A stretch of 58,047 nucleotides of DNA from an uncultured Clostridia bacterium (GTDB lineage: Bacteria; Bacillota; Clostridia; TANB77; CAG-508), in the NCBI GenBank assembly GCA_944388625.1, contig CALXJM010000001.1, positions 1-58,047 of the forward strand, written 5' to 3'. The notes below the pieces were generated by a model, which was given only the letters and a program-made list of their open reading frames with translations, did no database searches and was not told the DNA's origin. Both the position numbers and the translations under genes were made by a program. Numbering within the stretch: position 1 is the first letter of the stretch; each line of letters begins with the position of its first letter. Of the stretch, positions 28,024 through 38,151 are shown one piece after another.

Positions 28024-30456
28024 TTAATTCATTTTGGATTTTTTGTGTGTTTTTTTATAAATTATCATTATTACTAATAATATTATTCCTATTATCATTA
28101 TTTTTACTATGTTAATTTCTTTTCCTGTAGGTGGTACTACCTTCGCACTATTGGTGGTTTTATCTGTAAAATCTTCATCCATACCATCTCCTGGGAACAT
28201 GCCTTTTATCCATGATATAAAAGAGGTTCTGCCTCCACTTAAAACTTCTTCTGTCATAGCTTTTGCCATTCTTCTATTACTATTATTTCTATAACCTAAT
28301 ATTTCTACCGCATTTGGATTTTTTCCATCATCATTAAGCAAATCTGTATCACTCATTTGTCCTATTATCCTGCTTGCAACTAATTTTATTTCATAATTGC
28401 CACCAGGAGATATATAAAATCCGTTTTCGCCTTGGCCAGCATTATCTAAAACTATTTTTACACTTCTTCTATCTCGATATTTCCTATAAGTACTATTGGT
28501 TATAAATCCTTTTTCATTTAATTCTTGTAAGGATACAAGTTGCCATCCCAGATTTTTATTATAAATGCCATCCTCTGTAATTAATTCCGTATTTTCTGAG
28601 TACAAAAATCCTTCCGGCAAATAGTCAATTAATTCTAAATAATTACATTGAATGCTAGAATTGTTTCTTATGCTAATAGTATATTCAACTTCAATAGTTG
28701 CTCCATGTGCAAGTTCTTCAGCTAAAGATTTTATTAAAACCATGTCTGACATTACTTCTCTAGTTTCATCATAATATACATGTCCATCGTTTAGTACAAT
28801 TTTTAAGCCTGTTGCAGTCACATTTAATGAAAGATGCATAGTTGGTCTTTGTTTTAAAATTAAATTTTGATTTGAATATTCGCTACTCTTCCATATTTCT
28901 GCTTCAACATGTTCTACTATATGTTCTTCTCCAGTTGATGGATCTATTACATTTTCTTCCCATTTTTTCTCTTCTCTATAACCATCATAATGTGGATTTT
29001 TAGTTATTTGATAATTTTTTCCACCCTCTACTATCATATATGTTAAATTACTTAATTCTTTAGCTTCATCTAGAGAATTATATTCATCAATTTGCTTAAA
29101 CAATGATGTTTTTATTCCATCTTCTGAATTATAATAAAATGTTCCATTAAAATAATCATCTACTGTTTTTCTTCTGTCTTTATCTTCATGCCCAGCTAAT
29201 ATGAAAATACTATCTGTATATTCTTTTTCTTCTGTGGTATCTATTAAATATTTCTTTATATCTTGTGTTATTGTATTTATAGTTTCTTGTCCATCTTGTA
29301 TACTGTAAAATGAGTCTGCCTCTCCAAATATATCTTTTACTAAATCATTTTCCTCTTTTACATCTGATTTCGCAAATAGTGATATTATTCTTATTCCATC
29401 ATTTTTCAATTCTGCTACTTTGTTTTTAGTGTCTGGTGCTATTATATTATATAATTTATCTTGTATAGTTTCATAACTATCCGTATTATATATTTCTGTA
29501 CTTCCGGAAGAAGTTGGTATACCATCTGATATTACTACAACTGTTCTATTAGAATTATTTTTATCTTGATTTTTAAATGAATTTTTTGCTTTATCTAATG
29601 CTCCTACTATATTAGTGTTAGCTGTATACCAATTATTTTGTAATATAGAGTCTAGATCTTTATTTAAAATTTCACTATCTTGTGTTAGGCTTCTTGCTCT
29701 ATAGTTTGTTCCTGAGAAGAATATTAGTCCAACATAAATGTTTTCCCCTCTATCTAACAATGAATTTATTAATCTTTTTGCTGAATCTACTGCTATCTCT
29801 AATCTTGTTTTAGTTTCATTATACATTTTTACATTTGTATTGCGCATACTATAAGAACAGTCTAGTGCTATAAAAACTTGTGCACATCCTTTTCCACTAT
29901 TTGTAATTTCAATTTTCTTAGTATCTATATATTCATTTGCTCCTGGCGTTTTGATTGCAATATAATCATGTCCATTATATTTTAGAACTTTTTCTATTGA
30001 ACTATTCCCCTTATTTTCTATATTTCCATAAATAAATCTTACAGAATAAGTTCCTTCTTCGGGTGAAAAGCTATAGTTTCCATCTTTTCTTGTTACAACT
30101 GTATCTATTACTTCATTATTCTGATTTATTAGTTGTACTGCAATTCCTTCTGCTCCTATATTTATTGGATTACTATCAGTAGCAGTTGTGCTATTGCTAA
30201 AGTAATCGTCTATTTCTTCGTATACATTTCCAGATATTTTTTCATAATATATATGGTATGTATTTGTTTCGTTTGTTCCATTACCTGGGGTTTCAGGTTC
30301 ATCTGGTAGAGTAGGTGGAGGTGGCATTTCTCCACTTTCTTCACGTATACTATCAAACAAGTCATATATGCTTGCATATGTAAAAGGAGATTTCATATAA
30401 ATTATGCAAAATATCATTATAATGATAGCCATAAATTTAATTTGCCTATTTCTCAT
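28024..30456 (-). CDS. Cell-wall-anchored surface protein: signal peptide, Cna-B/SdrD-like domain, VWA domain, VPPTG sorting signal
   Basis: VFIALDCSYSM is a VWA MIDAS-like start. The C-terminus has VPPTG, then a hydrophobic helix, then a KKTHKKSK tail. Confidence 0.75.
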   Translation of the reverse strand: MRNRQIKFMAIIIMIFCIIYMKSPFTYASIYDLFDSIREESGEMPPPPTLPDEPETPGNGTNETNTYHIYYEKISGNVYEEIDDYFSNSTTATDSNPINIGAEGIAVQLINQNNEVIDTVVTRKDGNYSFSPEEGTYSVRFIYGNIENKGNSSIEKVLKYNGHDYIAIKTPGANEYIDTKKIEITNSGKGCAQVFIALDCSYSMRNTNVKMYNETKTRLEIAVDSAKRLINSLLDRGENIYVGLIFFSGTNYRARSLTQDSEILNKDLDSILQNNWYTANTNIVGALDKAKNSFKNQDKNNSNRTVVVISDGIPTSSGSTEIYNTDSYETIQDKLYNIIAPDTKNKVAELKNDGIRIISLFAKSDVKEENDLVKDIFGEADSFYSIQDGQETINTITQDIKKYLIDTTEEKEYTDSIFILAGHEDKDRRKTVDDYFNGTFYYNSEDGIKTSLFKQIDEYNSLDEAKELSNLTYMIVEGGKNYQITKNPHYDGYREEKKWEENVIDPSTGEEHIVEHVEAEIWKSSEYSNQNLILKQRPTMHLSLNVTATGLKIVLNDGHVYYDETREVMSDMVLIKSLAEELAHGATIEVEYTISIRNNSSIQCNYLELIDYLPEGFLYSENTELITEDGIYNKNLGWQLVSLQELNEKGFITNSTYRKYRDRRSVKIVLDNAGQGENGFYISPGGNYEIKLVASRIIGQMSDTDLLNDDGKNPNAVEILGYRNNSNRRMAKAMTEEVLSGGRTSFISWIKGMFPGDGMDEDFTDKTTNSAKVVPPTGKEINIVKIMIIGIILLVIMIIYKKTHKKSKMN

Positions 30457-30665
30457 TTTTACACCTTCCTCCCATTTTATAACTTATATGTAAATTATAT
30501 CATTTTTTTTTACTTTTTTCAACATTATGTAATTTTCATTTAGATATTGTTTACCATGTATTATTATTTTTTGCAAATTATGCATAAAGACTTGTAATTT
30601 CTTGTAATCTATGTTAAACTTATACTTAGTCAATTTTATTATTCATATTAGGAGGTGCTTTTAAA

Positions 30666-30863
30666 ATGGCAAAATGTGCAATTTGTAATAAATCTGTTAA
30701 CTGGGGAAACAAACTTAGTGTTACACGTTCTCACATTAGTAAAAGGACTAGCAGAACATATAAATCAAATTTAAGAACTGTTAAAACAATGGTTGATGGT
30801 CAACCAAAAAGAATTCATGTATGTGCAAAATGCTTACGTTCAGGTAAAGTTACAAGAATTTAG
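30666..30863 (+). CDS. rpmB: 50S ribosomal protein L28
   Basis: 65 aa (MAKCAICNKS...SHISKRT...). aggagg lies upstream. Confidence 0.9.
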   Translation: MAKCAICNKSVNWGNKLSVTRSHISKRTSRTYKSNLRTVKTMVDGQPKRIHVCAKCLRSGKVTRI

Positions 30864-30873
30864 TAAACAAAAA

Positions 30874-30913
30874 AGATGTGCGTTATTGAAAGTAAGACTT
30901 TCATCGCACATCT
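30874..30913. terminator. Bidirectional hairpin (agatgtgcg / cgcacatct) between rpmB and spoVM
   Basis: 9-bp stem with a T-rich tail on the plus strand. Confidence 0.6.
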
Positions 30914-30951
30914 TTCTTTTCTCCCAAGTAAGAAATAAAACTTCTTATGTA

Positions 30952-31026
30952 TTAGTCTTTTATACCAAATATGAGTTTTACGAATCCTCTTAGGAATTTA
31001 GGCACTTTTTTTACTACTATTTTCAT
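30952..31026 (-). CDS. spoVM: Stage V sporulation protein M homolog (24 aa, not in the ORF track)
   Basis: MKIVVKKVPKFLRGFVKLIFGIKD resembles the B. subtilis SpoVM amphipathic helix (MKFYTIKLPKFLGGIVRAMLGSFRKD). aaaggag lies upstream. Confidence 0.65.
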   Translation of the reverse strand: MKIVVKKVPKFLRGFVKLIFGIKD

Positions 31027-31053
31027 GCTTTTACACTCCTTTGTTCCTAAATA

Positions 31054-31203
31054 TCAACACGCCAGCCATGCAAAACCTATAGCTACTACTGCAATTCCAA
31101 TTAAAAATAACCAGCCCGTTGTCGGAAGTAATATTACTAATAATACTCCTAATCCAAATCCTATTAAGCATACAGCTAATGTTTTTTTTAGTAGTCTAAA
31201 CAT
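31054..31203 (-). CDS. 49-aa two-TM membrane protein (not in the ORF track)
   Basis: MFRLLKKTLAVCLIGFGLGVLLVILLPTTGWLFLIGIAVVAIGFAWLAC, with ggaggt upstream. Confidence 0.45.
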   Translation of the reverse strand: MFRLLKKTLAVCLIGFGLGVLLVILLPTTGWLFLIGIAVVAIGFAWLAC

Positions 31204-31263
31204 AATCTATTACCTCCGTTTCTTTATTATATTATATTAATTGTTATTTGAAAGGTGACCATA

Positions 31264-31890
31264 ATGAATAAAACAAATATTAAGAAAATAATTGAAATTT
31301 TAAAAAATTCTTATCCAGACGCTAAATGCAGTTTAGATTTTGCGTCTCCTTTTGAGCTTGTTGTTGCCGTTATGTTATCAGCACAATGCACAGATGAAAG
31401 AGTAAATTTAACTACACCTAATGTTTTTTCTCGTTATTCTTCACCAGAATCATTTGCTTCTGCTGATTTATCTGAGTTAGAAAAATTGATTCACCCTTGT
31501 GGTTTTTATCGAAACAAAGCAAAAAATATAAAAGCTTGTGCACAAAAAATTGTAACTGTTTTTCACGGAGAAGTTCCTCATTCTATGGAAGAACTTACTT
31601 CACTTCCAGGAGTAGGTAGAAAAAGCGCCAATGTAATACTTTTAGAAGCTTTTCATATTCCTTATGGAATCGCAGTAGATACTCATGCAAAACGTATTTC
31701 AAATCGATTAGGAATTTCTAAAGAAAAAACTCCTGAAAAAATAGAACAGGATTTATTGAAAGTTATTCCCAAAGAATCTATTCAAGACATAAACCATCTT
31801 TTTGTTTGGCATGGTAGAAAATGTTGTACAGCAAGAAACCCAAAATGCATTTCTTGTCCTATTCAAAATTTCTGCCCTAAAAATTTATAA
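31264..31890 (+). CDS. nth: Endonuclease III
   Basis: HhH-GPD fold (LPGVGRKSANVIL) and the 4Fe-4S loop C-x6-C-x2-C-x5-C at the C-terminus. Confidence 0.9.
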   Translation: MNKTNIKKIIEILKNSYPDAKCSLDFASPFELVVAVMLSAQCTDERVNLTTPNVFSRYSSPESFASADLSELEKLIHPCGFYRNKAKNIKACAQKIVTVFHGEVPHSMEELTSLPGVGRKSANVILLEAFHIPYGIAVDTHAKRISNRLGISKEKTPEKIEQDLLKVIPKESIQDINHLFVWHGRKCCTARNPKCISCPIQNFCPKNL

Positions 31891-31996
31891 TTATTTTCAA
31901 GTACTATCTTTTACAGTCATAATTGCTTTAAAATATGCAACTTTTATTGCATATTTTTTTTGCTTTTTTGTATACTATTATATAGAGGTGATTTTA

Positions 31997-32116
31997 TTGA
32001 CCAATATCAATTGCTCTTCAAATTGTGTATATCAAAAAGATGGAAAATGTACTTTAGAAAAAGTTTCTTCAGATAAAATTACACCATATGCTAATTGCCC
32101 TTATTTTAAACAATAA
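31997..32116 (+). CDS. 39-aa Cys-rich small protein (TTG start)
   Basis: LTNINCSSNCVYQKDGKCTLEKVSSDKITPYANCPYFKQ, with agaggtga upstream. The long ORF-track version (31802-32116) overlaps the nth 3' end and looks spurious. Confidence 0.4.
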   Translation: MTNINCSSNCVYQKDGKCTLEKVSSDKITPYANCPYFKQ

Positions 32117-32248
32117 TCTAATTTTTCTTTTTTCGGAAAGTTAAGTTAGATTATGTTTTTTTTGTGTTTTTTCTGCGTTTTAATTGACAAATTCTATTTT
32201 TAGCTATATTATTTGAAGCATGAAAATATAATTTTGGGAGGAGTTTTT

Positions 32249-33466
32249 ATGCAAAAAGTAAAATTTAAACTTATTGCTATTTTAGCATTGTTTGTTCTTC
32301 TTTGCACTGGAATATGCTATGCAACCGATAGTACAGCTACTGATGTTAATGCTGTTTCTGTTGAAGAAGATGCAAATACAACTGCTGATAATTCAGTAAC
32401 TGAAGAGGGAGCTACTACAGGAGAATCTACTACTGAAGAAGGCACTACAGAAGAAACTACTACTGAAGAGCCTATGATAGAAGAAGATTATTTTTATCTT
32501 TCAGGAAATGATTTAGTTCTATCTGATACTATTGATAGTAATGCATTTATTATTGGTAATAATGTTACTATTACAAGTGAAATTGGCGGAGACTTATTTG
32601 TTATAGCTAATTCTTTAAACCTAGATGGTGGCTATGTTTATGGTAATGTATTTGTTCTTGCTAAAGACTTTACATTGAATGCAACTGTATATGATATTTA
32701 TGCCATTTGTTCTAATATCACAATTAAATATGATGGAATTATTTATCGTGATTTAAGAGCTACTGCTAATTATTTATCTATGTCTGGTGGTGTTGGCAGA
32801 AATTGTTATATTTCAGCGCAAACTCTTGATTTAACAGATGATGCACTTATTTATGGTGATTTCAATTATTCTAATAAAGAAGCTATTGTTATTTCAGAAG
32901 GGGTTGTTTCTGGAAATATTAATTATTTAGGAGAAAGTTCTTCTTTTTCTGGTGAAGTTCAAGACCCAGTTAGGACTCACATTATAAATTGTTTGGCTAC
33001 TTTAGTATTTACTTTAGCAATTTATGGATTAATAATATGGCTTGCTCCTAAGTTTTATTCTAAGATGTCAAGTATTAAACTTTCTAAAGTTTTCATTGGC
33101 CTTGGAATTGGTATAATTGCTTTAGTTATTATTCCAATTATTAGTATCTTATTAGCGTTTACATTTGTAGGAAGCAAATTAACATTAGCATTTTTACTTA
33201 TTTACTTTGCCATGTTATCTGTTTCTGCTGCTATTGCTTATATCTCTATCGGTTGCTTTATTGCAAATAAATTTGGCAATGCTTCAAAAGCAAAAAATCT
33301 TATATTTGTTTTAGCAACAGCACTTGTATTCTTCTTATTAGGATTAATTCCATTTGTTGGAACGTGGATTAATCTACTAGTTGCATTAACTGGCTTTGGA
33401 GTTCTTATTCTTTCTATTATAAAGAAAAAAGATGCTCCTTCTGTAGCTACTACTGTAGAAGAATAA
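32249..33466 (+). CDS. Membrane protein with a T/E-rich linker, a bactofilin-like (polymer-forming) repeat region and C-terminal TM helices
   Basis: Signal/anchor MQKVKFKLIAILALFVLL. Repetitive GG/GN beta-helix-like segments are followed by 4-5 TM helices. Confidence 0.55.
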   Translation: MQKVKFKLIAILALFVLLCTGICYATDSTATDVNAVSVEEDANTTADNSVTEEGATTGESTTEEGTTEETTTEEPMIEEDYFYLSGNDLVLSDTIDSNAFIIGNNVTITSEIGGDLFVIANSLNLDGGYVYGNVFVLAKDFTLNATVYDIYAICSNITIKYDGIIYRDLRATANYLSMSGGVGRNCYISAQTLDLTDDALIYGDFNYSNKEAIVISEGVVSGNINYLGESSSFSGEVQDPVRTHIINCLATLVFTLAIYGLIIWLAPKFYSKMSSIKLSKVFIGLGIGIIALVIIPIISILLAFTFVGSKLTLAFLLIYFAMLSVSAAIAYISIGCFIANKFGNASKAKNLIFVLATALVFFLLGLIPFVGTWINLLVALTGFGVLILSIIKKKDAPSVATTVEE

Positions 33467-33480
33467 AATATTATAAATTA

Positions 33481-33510
33481 AAAGAATCCATGACCATTCA
33501 TGGATTCTTT
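33481..33510. terminator. Bidirectional hairpin (aaagaatccatga / tcatggattcttt) between convergent genes
   Basis: 13-bp perfect stem followed by a T-run. Confidence 0.7.
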
Positions 33511-33535
33511 TTTGATTTATAGTATAATTTTTATT

Positions 33536-34189
33536 TTACTTTTTTAAATCTGCAATCATTTGTTTGTAATCTTTGGATTGTAGAATAGCACTACCTGCTA
33601 CTAAAATATCTGCTCCTGCATTTTTAACTAAACTAGCTGTTTCTGCATTAATACCGCCATCTACTTCAATTTCAAAATCAATATTATTTTTTTCCCTATA
33701 ATAATTTATTTCTTCTATTTTTTTTATTGTTTCTGGTAAAAGTTTTTGTCCTCCAAGTCCTGGTTCTACAGTCATTACTAATACTAGGTGAATATATGGA
33801 AGATATTCTTCTATCTCTTTTATTTGTGTTTTAGGGCTAATAGCAAGTCCTACCTTAATTCCTTGTTCTTTTACATATGAAATAATATTTGTTGTATTTT
33901 CTTTACTTGCTTCTATGTGAAATGTCATAATATTAGGCTGTAGTTCTATATAATCATCAATTATGTCTTTTATATTTTCTACCATAAAATGTACATCTAA
34001 TGGTAAATTTGATATATGCTTAATAGTAGTAGCATATTCTTTCATTTGTTTCAAATTTTCTTGTTTTACAAATCTCCCATCCATAACATCAATATGAAAA
34101 TAATTAGTTTCAGCTTCTTCTATATTATAGAATGTTTTGATAGCATTTTCATTTTTTACATTTAATACAGATACAGATATTTCTACCAT
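33536..34189 (-). CDS. rpe: Ribulose-phosphate 3-epimerase
   Basis: Motifs HIDVMDG, DVHFMV, MTVEPG.GGQ and VDGGIN. Confidence 0.92.
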   Translation of the reverse strand: MVEISVSVLNVKNENAIKTFYNIEEAETNYFHIDVMDGRFVKQENLKQMKEYATTIKHISNLPLDVHFMVENIKDIIDDYIELQPNIMTFHIEASKENTTNIISYVKEQGIKVGLAISPKTQIKEIEEYLPYIHLVLVMTVEPGLGGQKLLPETIKKIEEINYYREKNNIDFEIEVDGGINAETASLVKNAGADILVAGSAILQSKDYKQMIADLKK

Positions 34190-34270
34190 AATTCTTTCCC
34201 TTTCTTCTATAAATATTTTAATTGAAAGAGCAGGTGTAAAACCTGCCCATTCATATAGTATGTGTCACAC

Positions 34271-36229
34271 TTATTCTATCGTTTTCTCTTTTACTGTATT
34301 TAAGTCAATTTGTTCTGTTCTTCTTAAATTTCCGTCAATATATACTTTTACTGTTACTGTTCCAATTCCCTGTATTGTTACTGATTCATTTTCTGAAGCC
34401 TGACTAACATTGCGTTCTTCTACTTGCTCATCATTTACTAAAACTTTCAATTTTACTTCTTTAGGTTCTATTGGATTTCCTTCATCATCAACACTTTCTG
34501 TATATCTTTCTATAGATTTTACATTAATATGAACTGTTCCAGAAACGATTTCGGGTATCTTGTTAACAGTAATTATAACTCCAGTGTTCTCATCTACTAC
34601 TTTTCCAGCTTCTATATCTTGTTGCAATACAATTCCGTTAGTTTTTGTTGTGTCTGTTTCATACTTTACATCTGTAATAGTTAGACCAACAGATGTTGCT
34701 AAGCTTTTTGCTGCTTCTTCAGTTTTTCCTGTTAGCACTGGTACAGTTACTTGTTTTTTTCCTGTTCCTATACTAACATAAACTTTTACTATACTATCTA
34801 CCTTCACTTCACTACCGGCTTCTGGCTCTTGTCTAATAACAATACCGGCTTCTACTTCTTCACTTGTAGTATTCACTAATTCTACCTTTAAATTAGCTGT
34901 TTGTATTTCTGCTTCTGCATCTTCTTTAGTTTTTCCAGTTATTTTTGGTACCTTCGTTAACTCTTCTCCTTTGCTAATAACAACTTTTATGGTGCTTTGC
35001 TCTTTAATTGTATAGTTTTCTCTATATTTAGGCTCTTGAGATATAATCTGCCCGGCAGGTACTTCATTATTATATTCTTCTCCGATTACTTCTAAGTAAA
35101 CATTAATTTTTGCAACTTCTTCTCTTGCTTCAGCTTCCGTTTTATTTACTAAATTTACAATCTGTACATCTTTTAGTCTGTTAGAGTTAAATGCGAAATA
35201 AGTAGTTGCAATGGCCGCAATAATTAAAACTAATATGCCACCAACAATTACTCCTATTTTTAATTTTTTGTGTTCCCCCCAGAACTTGGAAGTATTATTT
35301 TCTTCTTCTTTTTTGTTTTCTTCATTACTAATACTATTAATAATAGGCACCCTTTGTGTTGGAAAGTCTTTTGCTACATCTGTTCTCTTTACAAAGTCTT
35401 CATCTGGTTTTTTTAGTGCTAAAGTTAAATCTTTTAACATTTCTGTTGCAGATTGATAACGTAAGCTTACATCTTTTTCTAAAGCTTTCATGATAATGTT
35501 GTTAACACTAATTGGCAAATTAGGCTTTATCTTATTTGGTTCTTTCGGAGTTTCTTGCATGTGCTTTAGTGCTACAGATACTGGAGTATCTGCATCAAAA
35601 GGCACTTTCCCAGTAATCATTTCATACATAACCACTCCTAAAGAGTATAAATCTGATTTTGCATCTGTAAATCCTCCTCTGGCATGTTCTGGTGAAAAAT
35701 AGTGAACTGAGCCAATAGTAGTTCCAAAAGCAGTTATTGTAGAATTAGAAACAGCCTTAGCAATTCCAAAATCTGTTACTTTTGCAATTCCTTCTTCTGT
35801 TATAATAATATTGTGTGGCTTTATATCTCTATGAATAATATTGTTCTTATGTGCTACTTCTAATGCAGAAGCTATTTGAATAGCTACATTGACTGCCCAT
35901 TTCCAAGGAAGTGAACCATCTTCTACAATAATTTCTTTCAATGTTTTCCCTTGAATTAATTCCATTACAATATAGTATAAATTTCCTTCATTTCCTACAT
36001 CATAAATAGATACAATATTAGGATGTGCTAAACTAGCAGCTGACTGTGCTTCTGTATTAAATCTTCTAATAAATTCGGAATCGGTTGTATATTCATCTCT
36101 TAATATTTTTACTGCTACATATCTATTAAGTACATGGCATTTTGCTTTATATACAGTTGCCATTCCTCCACTTCCGATTTTTTCTATAATTTCATAACGA
36201 TTTCCTATTAATCTACCTTCTAAATTCAT
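34271..36229 (-). CDS. prkC: Ser/Thr protein kinase PrkC with extracellular PASTA repeats
   Basis: Hanks kinase motifs (GSGGMATVYKA, HRDIKPHN, DFGIA), one TM helix, then several PASTA-like repeats. Confidence 0.92.
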   Translation of the reverse strand: MNLEGRLIGNRYEIIEKIGSGGMATVYKAKCHVLNRYVAVKILRDEYTTDSEFIRRFNTEAQSAASLAHPNIVSIYDVGNEGNLYYIVMELIQGKTLKEIIVEDGSLPWKWAVNVAIQIASALEVAHKNNIIHRDIKPHNIIITEEGIAKVTDFGIAKAVSNSTITAFGTTIGSVHYFSPEHARGGFTDAKSDLYSLGVVMYEMITGKVPFDADTPVSVALKHMQETPKEPNKIKPNLPISVNNIIMKALEKDVSLRYQSATEMLKDLTLALKKPDEDFVKRTDVAKDFPTQRVPIINSISNEENKKEEENNTSKFWGEHKKLKIGVIVGGILVLIIAAIATTYFAFNSNRLKDVQIVNLVNKTEAEAREEVAKINVYLEVIGEEYNNEVPAGQIISQEPKYRENYTIKEQSTIKVVISKGEELTKVPKITGKTKEDAEAEIQTANLKVELVNTTSEEVEAGIVIRQEPEAGSEVKVDSIVKVYVSIGTGKKQVTVPVLTGKTEEAAKSLATSVGLTITDVKYETDTTKTNGIVLQQDIEAGKVVDENTGVIITVNKIPEIVSGTVHINVKSIERYTESVDDEGNPIEPKEVKLKVLVNDEQVEERNVSQASENESVTIQGIGTVTVKVYIDGNLRRTEQIDLNTVKEKTIE

Positions 36230-36262
36230 CTTCTTTCCCCCTACATATGAGAATTTATATTT

Positions 36263-36994
36263 TTAAACTTTTATTACAATTACTGTTATATTATCGTGTC
36301 CGCCCATTTCATTTGCTTTTTCAACTAAAGCTTCAGCTACATTTTGCTCTTCTTCTTGAATCACTTGAAAGATTTCTTCTTCTGATAACATGTTAGATAA
36401 TCCATCTGAACACATTAAAATTGTATCTCCTTCTATGATCTTTTTCTCTATAATGTCTGGTTCTGCAAAAGTATTAGAACCGATGACTTTAATTAACATA
36501 TGCTTCTTGGGATGATGCATCGCTTCTTCTTTTGTAATACTTCCATCTCTTAAAAGTTTCTCTACATAGCTATGATCTGTTGTTAATTTTCTAATGATAT
36601 TTTTTCTTATTCTATAAACTCTACTGTCTCCTACATGCCCAATATAAATTCTATTATCATATATAATTACCACATCTAATGTGGTTCCCATTTCGCAAAT
36701 ATTTTCATCTTCATTTGCTTTTTCATTTACCATCATATTAGCATATTCGATAGCTTCTTTTATGCATTGCTTAATGGTTTCTCTATTATATTCTATTTTT
36801 TTTAAATTATTATTGATATAGGATTTCACGGAGTTTACAGCTAGACTACTTGCGATTTCTCCTCCTGTATATCCTCCCATTCCATCTGCTAATATATATA
36901 CTTGAAAATCACTGTCAGCTCCTTCTTCTATATAGTAGCTATCTTGATTAGTTTCTCTCGCTCTTCCTATATCTGTTTTTGCATAAACTTTCAT
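36263..36994 (-). CDS. stp: PP2C-family Ser/Thr phosphatase (Stp/PrpC)
   Basis: Motifs RETNQD, ADGMGG and CSDGL...GGHDNITV. Confidence 0.9.
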   Translation of the reverse strand: MKVYAKTDIGRARETNQDSYYIEEGADSDFQVYILADGMGGYTGGEIASSLAVNSVKSYINNNLKKIEYNRETIKQCIKEAIEYANMMVNEKANEDENICEMGTTLDVVIIYDNRIYIGHVGDSRVYRIRKNIIRKLTTDHSYVEKLLRDGSITKEEAMHHPKKHMLIKVIGSNTFAEPDIIEKKIIEGDTILMCSDGLSNMLSEEEIFQVIQEEEQNVAEALVEKANEMGGHDNITVIVIKV

Positions 36995-37074
36995 TTTAAC
37001 AACATTCCTTTTCGTAACAAATCTAATGTAAAAGTGGGTTTCCCCATATTAATTTTTATGTCTTTATTTTTTCT

Positions 37075-38151
37075 CTATTTATCTTCTAAGTTTTTTCTTC
37101 TTAGTTGTCCGCAAGCTGCATCTATATCTGAGCCAAGCTCCCTTCGAATTGTTGCAACAATTCCTTTTTCGTTTAAATAGTCTCTAAATTTTATAATATT
37201 TTCGTTTGTACTTTTTTTAAATTTCCCATTTTCTATTTCGTTAATCGGAATTAAATTCACGTGGCAAAGCATTCCTTTTAGCAATTTTACTAGTTCTTTT
37301 GCATCTTCTAGATTGTCATTATTATTTTTTGCTAATGCATATTCAAAAGAAATTCTTCTGTTAGTTTTTTGTGTATAGTATTTACATGCCTTCATCAATT
37401 CTTCAATTGGATAAGCTTTGTTTACTGGCATTAGTTTACTTCTTTTTTCATTATTGCTACTATGAAGTGAAATGGATAAAGTACATTGAATATTTGCATC
37501 AGCTAAATTATAAATTTTAGGAACTATTCCACTTGTAGAAATACTTATATGTCTTGCTCCAATGTTTAGCCCTTTGGGATGATTTATTAAATGAATCGCC
37601 TTTATTACATTTTCATAATTGTCAAAAGGTTCCCCTATTCCCATAAAAACTACATTAGATATCCTTTTCTTAATATCTCTTTGAACTGTTAGTATTTGCT
37701 CTATAATTTCTCCTGCATCTAGGTTTCTAACAAAATTAATTCCAGTAGATGCACAAAATTTGCATCCCATTCTACATCCAACTTGAGAAGAAACGCATAT
37801 GGTCTTTCCATATTTATATTCCATAACCACAGTTTCTATGGCATTTTTGTCCCATAATTCTAATAAATATTTTTTTGTTCCATCTATAGATTCTTGTTTT
37901 TTTAAAATATTATGTATTCCTATAGAATAATTTTCTTCTAGCTTTTTTCTCAGTTGCAATGATAAATTCGTCATTTCGTCGAAGCTTTTTACATTTTCCA
38001 TGTAAAGCCACTTAAATATTTGCTCTGCACGAAATGGCTTTTCGTTTAAGTTAATTAATTCTTGTTTTAATTCTTCATAAGAAAAATTTTTTATATTTGG
38101 TTTCAAGTTCTCCTCCATAATTGTTATACCATATCTTCTTAACTTTTTCAA
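37075..38151 (-). CDS. rlmN: 23S rRNA/tRNA (adenine-C2)-methyltransferase RlmN (radical SAM)
   Basis: CxxxCxxC (GCRMGCKFC) plus the C-terminal DIDAACGQL. The exact start is uncertain (ATG at 38151 or an internal MEENL). Confidence 0.9.
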   Translation of the reverse strand: MKKLRRYGITIMEENLKPNIKNFSYEELKQELINLNEKPFRAEQIFKWLYMENVKSFDEMTNLSLQLRKKLEENYSIGIHNILKKQESIDGTKKYLLELWDKNAIETVVMEYKYGKTICVSSQVGCRMGCKFCASTGINFVRNLDAGEIIEQILTVQRDIKKRISNVVFMGIGEPFDNYENVIKAIHLINHPKGLNIGARHISISTSGIVPKIYNLADANIQCTLSISLHSSNNEKRSKLMPVNKAYPIEELMKACKYYTQKTNRRISFEYALAKNNNDNLEDAKELVKLLKGMLCHVNLIPINEIENGKFKKSTNENIIKFRDYLNEKGIVATIRRELGSDIDAACGQLRRKNLEDK

